Positions 63,495-64,000 of a stretch of DNA of 64,000 nucleotides are shown piece after piece. This stretch comes from Squalus acanthias. Taxonomy: Eukaryota. A model generated the notes under the pieces. That model was not told the origin of the DNA and made no database searches. It saw nothing but the letters and a program-made list of their open reading frames with translations. Positions within the stretch are counted from its first letter, which is position 1, and each line of letters begins with the position of its first letter. The position numbers and the translations under genes were made by a program. Location: positions 16,122,001 to 16,186,000 of the forward strand of contig CM059433.1 of assembly GCA_030390025.1 (NCBI GenBank). The letters run 5' to 3'.

Positions 63495-63816
63495 CAACTT
63501 GTATTTATATAGCGCCTTCAACATAGTAAATCGTCCCAAGGCATTTCACAGGAGCACATAAAACAAAATTTGACACCGAGCCACATCAGGAGATATTAGG
63601 GCAGATGACCAAATAGCTTGGTCAAAAAGGGAAGATTTAAGCAGCATCTTAAAAGGAAGAAAGAGAGGTAGAGAGCGAGGCGGAGAGGTTTAGAGAGGGA
63701 ATTCCAGAGCTTAGGACCTCGGCAACTGAAGGCTAGGGCCGCCAAAGGTGGAGCGATTAAAATCGGGGATGCTCAAGAGGGCAGAATTGGACTGACCAGA
63801 GATCTGGGGGGGGTGG
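63495..63816 (-). mobile_element. L2 3' end inserted in a plus-strand CR1 3' fragment (~63355-63965)
   Basis: Tail caacttgtatttatatagcgccttc; ctttcaa duplicated at 63488-63494 and 63817-63823. Confidence 0.82.
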
Positions 63817-64000
63817 CTTTCAAATGGAAATTGGATAAATACTTTGTAAAAAAAAAAGATAAATTTGCAGGGCTATGGGGAAAAGAGAAGGGGAGTGGGT
63901 CTAATTGGATAGCTCTTCCATTGAGCCGGCACTGGCACGATGGGCCCCTTCTATGCTTTATGGTTCTACCAGTGACAATCTGATCAGTGACAGAGCCAAA

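Noticed and set aside
62019..64000. ACP1 exon 1 (M...SVLFVCLG) and promoter
   Set aside because: Not found; the region is AT-rich intron plus CR1/L2 fragments, so exon 1 presumably lies beyond the window.

Overview
AT-rich, repeat-dense vertebrate genomic DNA. The repeat complement (SacSINE1-like DeuSINEs, abundant CR1 and L2 LINEs, Penelope terminal repeats, PIF/Harbinger elements and MITEs) points to a cartilaginous fish (shark); the species cannot be determined. The one confidently supported host gene is ACP1 (low-molecular-weight phosphotyrosine phosphatase) on the minus strand. Its exons are: exon 2 (61945-62018), two tandem 114-nt alternative exons matching mammalian 3F and 3S (59714-59827, 59533-59646), exon 4 (41262-41323), exon 5 (27732-27837) and the terminal coding exon (27481-27558). 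All have canonical GT-AG sites and compatible phases. Exon 1 was not found and presumably lies beyond the right end. The first ~1.5 kb may be the last exon/3'UTR of a convergent neighbour (ALKAL2 by mammalian synteny; weak). The rest is intron or intergenic DNA with nested transposons. Main observations: (1) a duplicated, probably mutually exclusive exon pair with a 67-nt spacer and (U)GCAUG motifs next to the 3F branch point; (2) Penelope-derived repeats whose consensus folds into a minimal hammerhead ribozyme; (3) decayed Harbinger transposons alongside hairpin-rich, splice-donor-rich MITEs; (4) inverted repeat pairs bracketing the ACP1 long intron and exon 4. Exon, TIR and TSD coordinates were counted by hand. 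Boundaries of decayed LINEs and SINEs are approximate. No database search was run.
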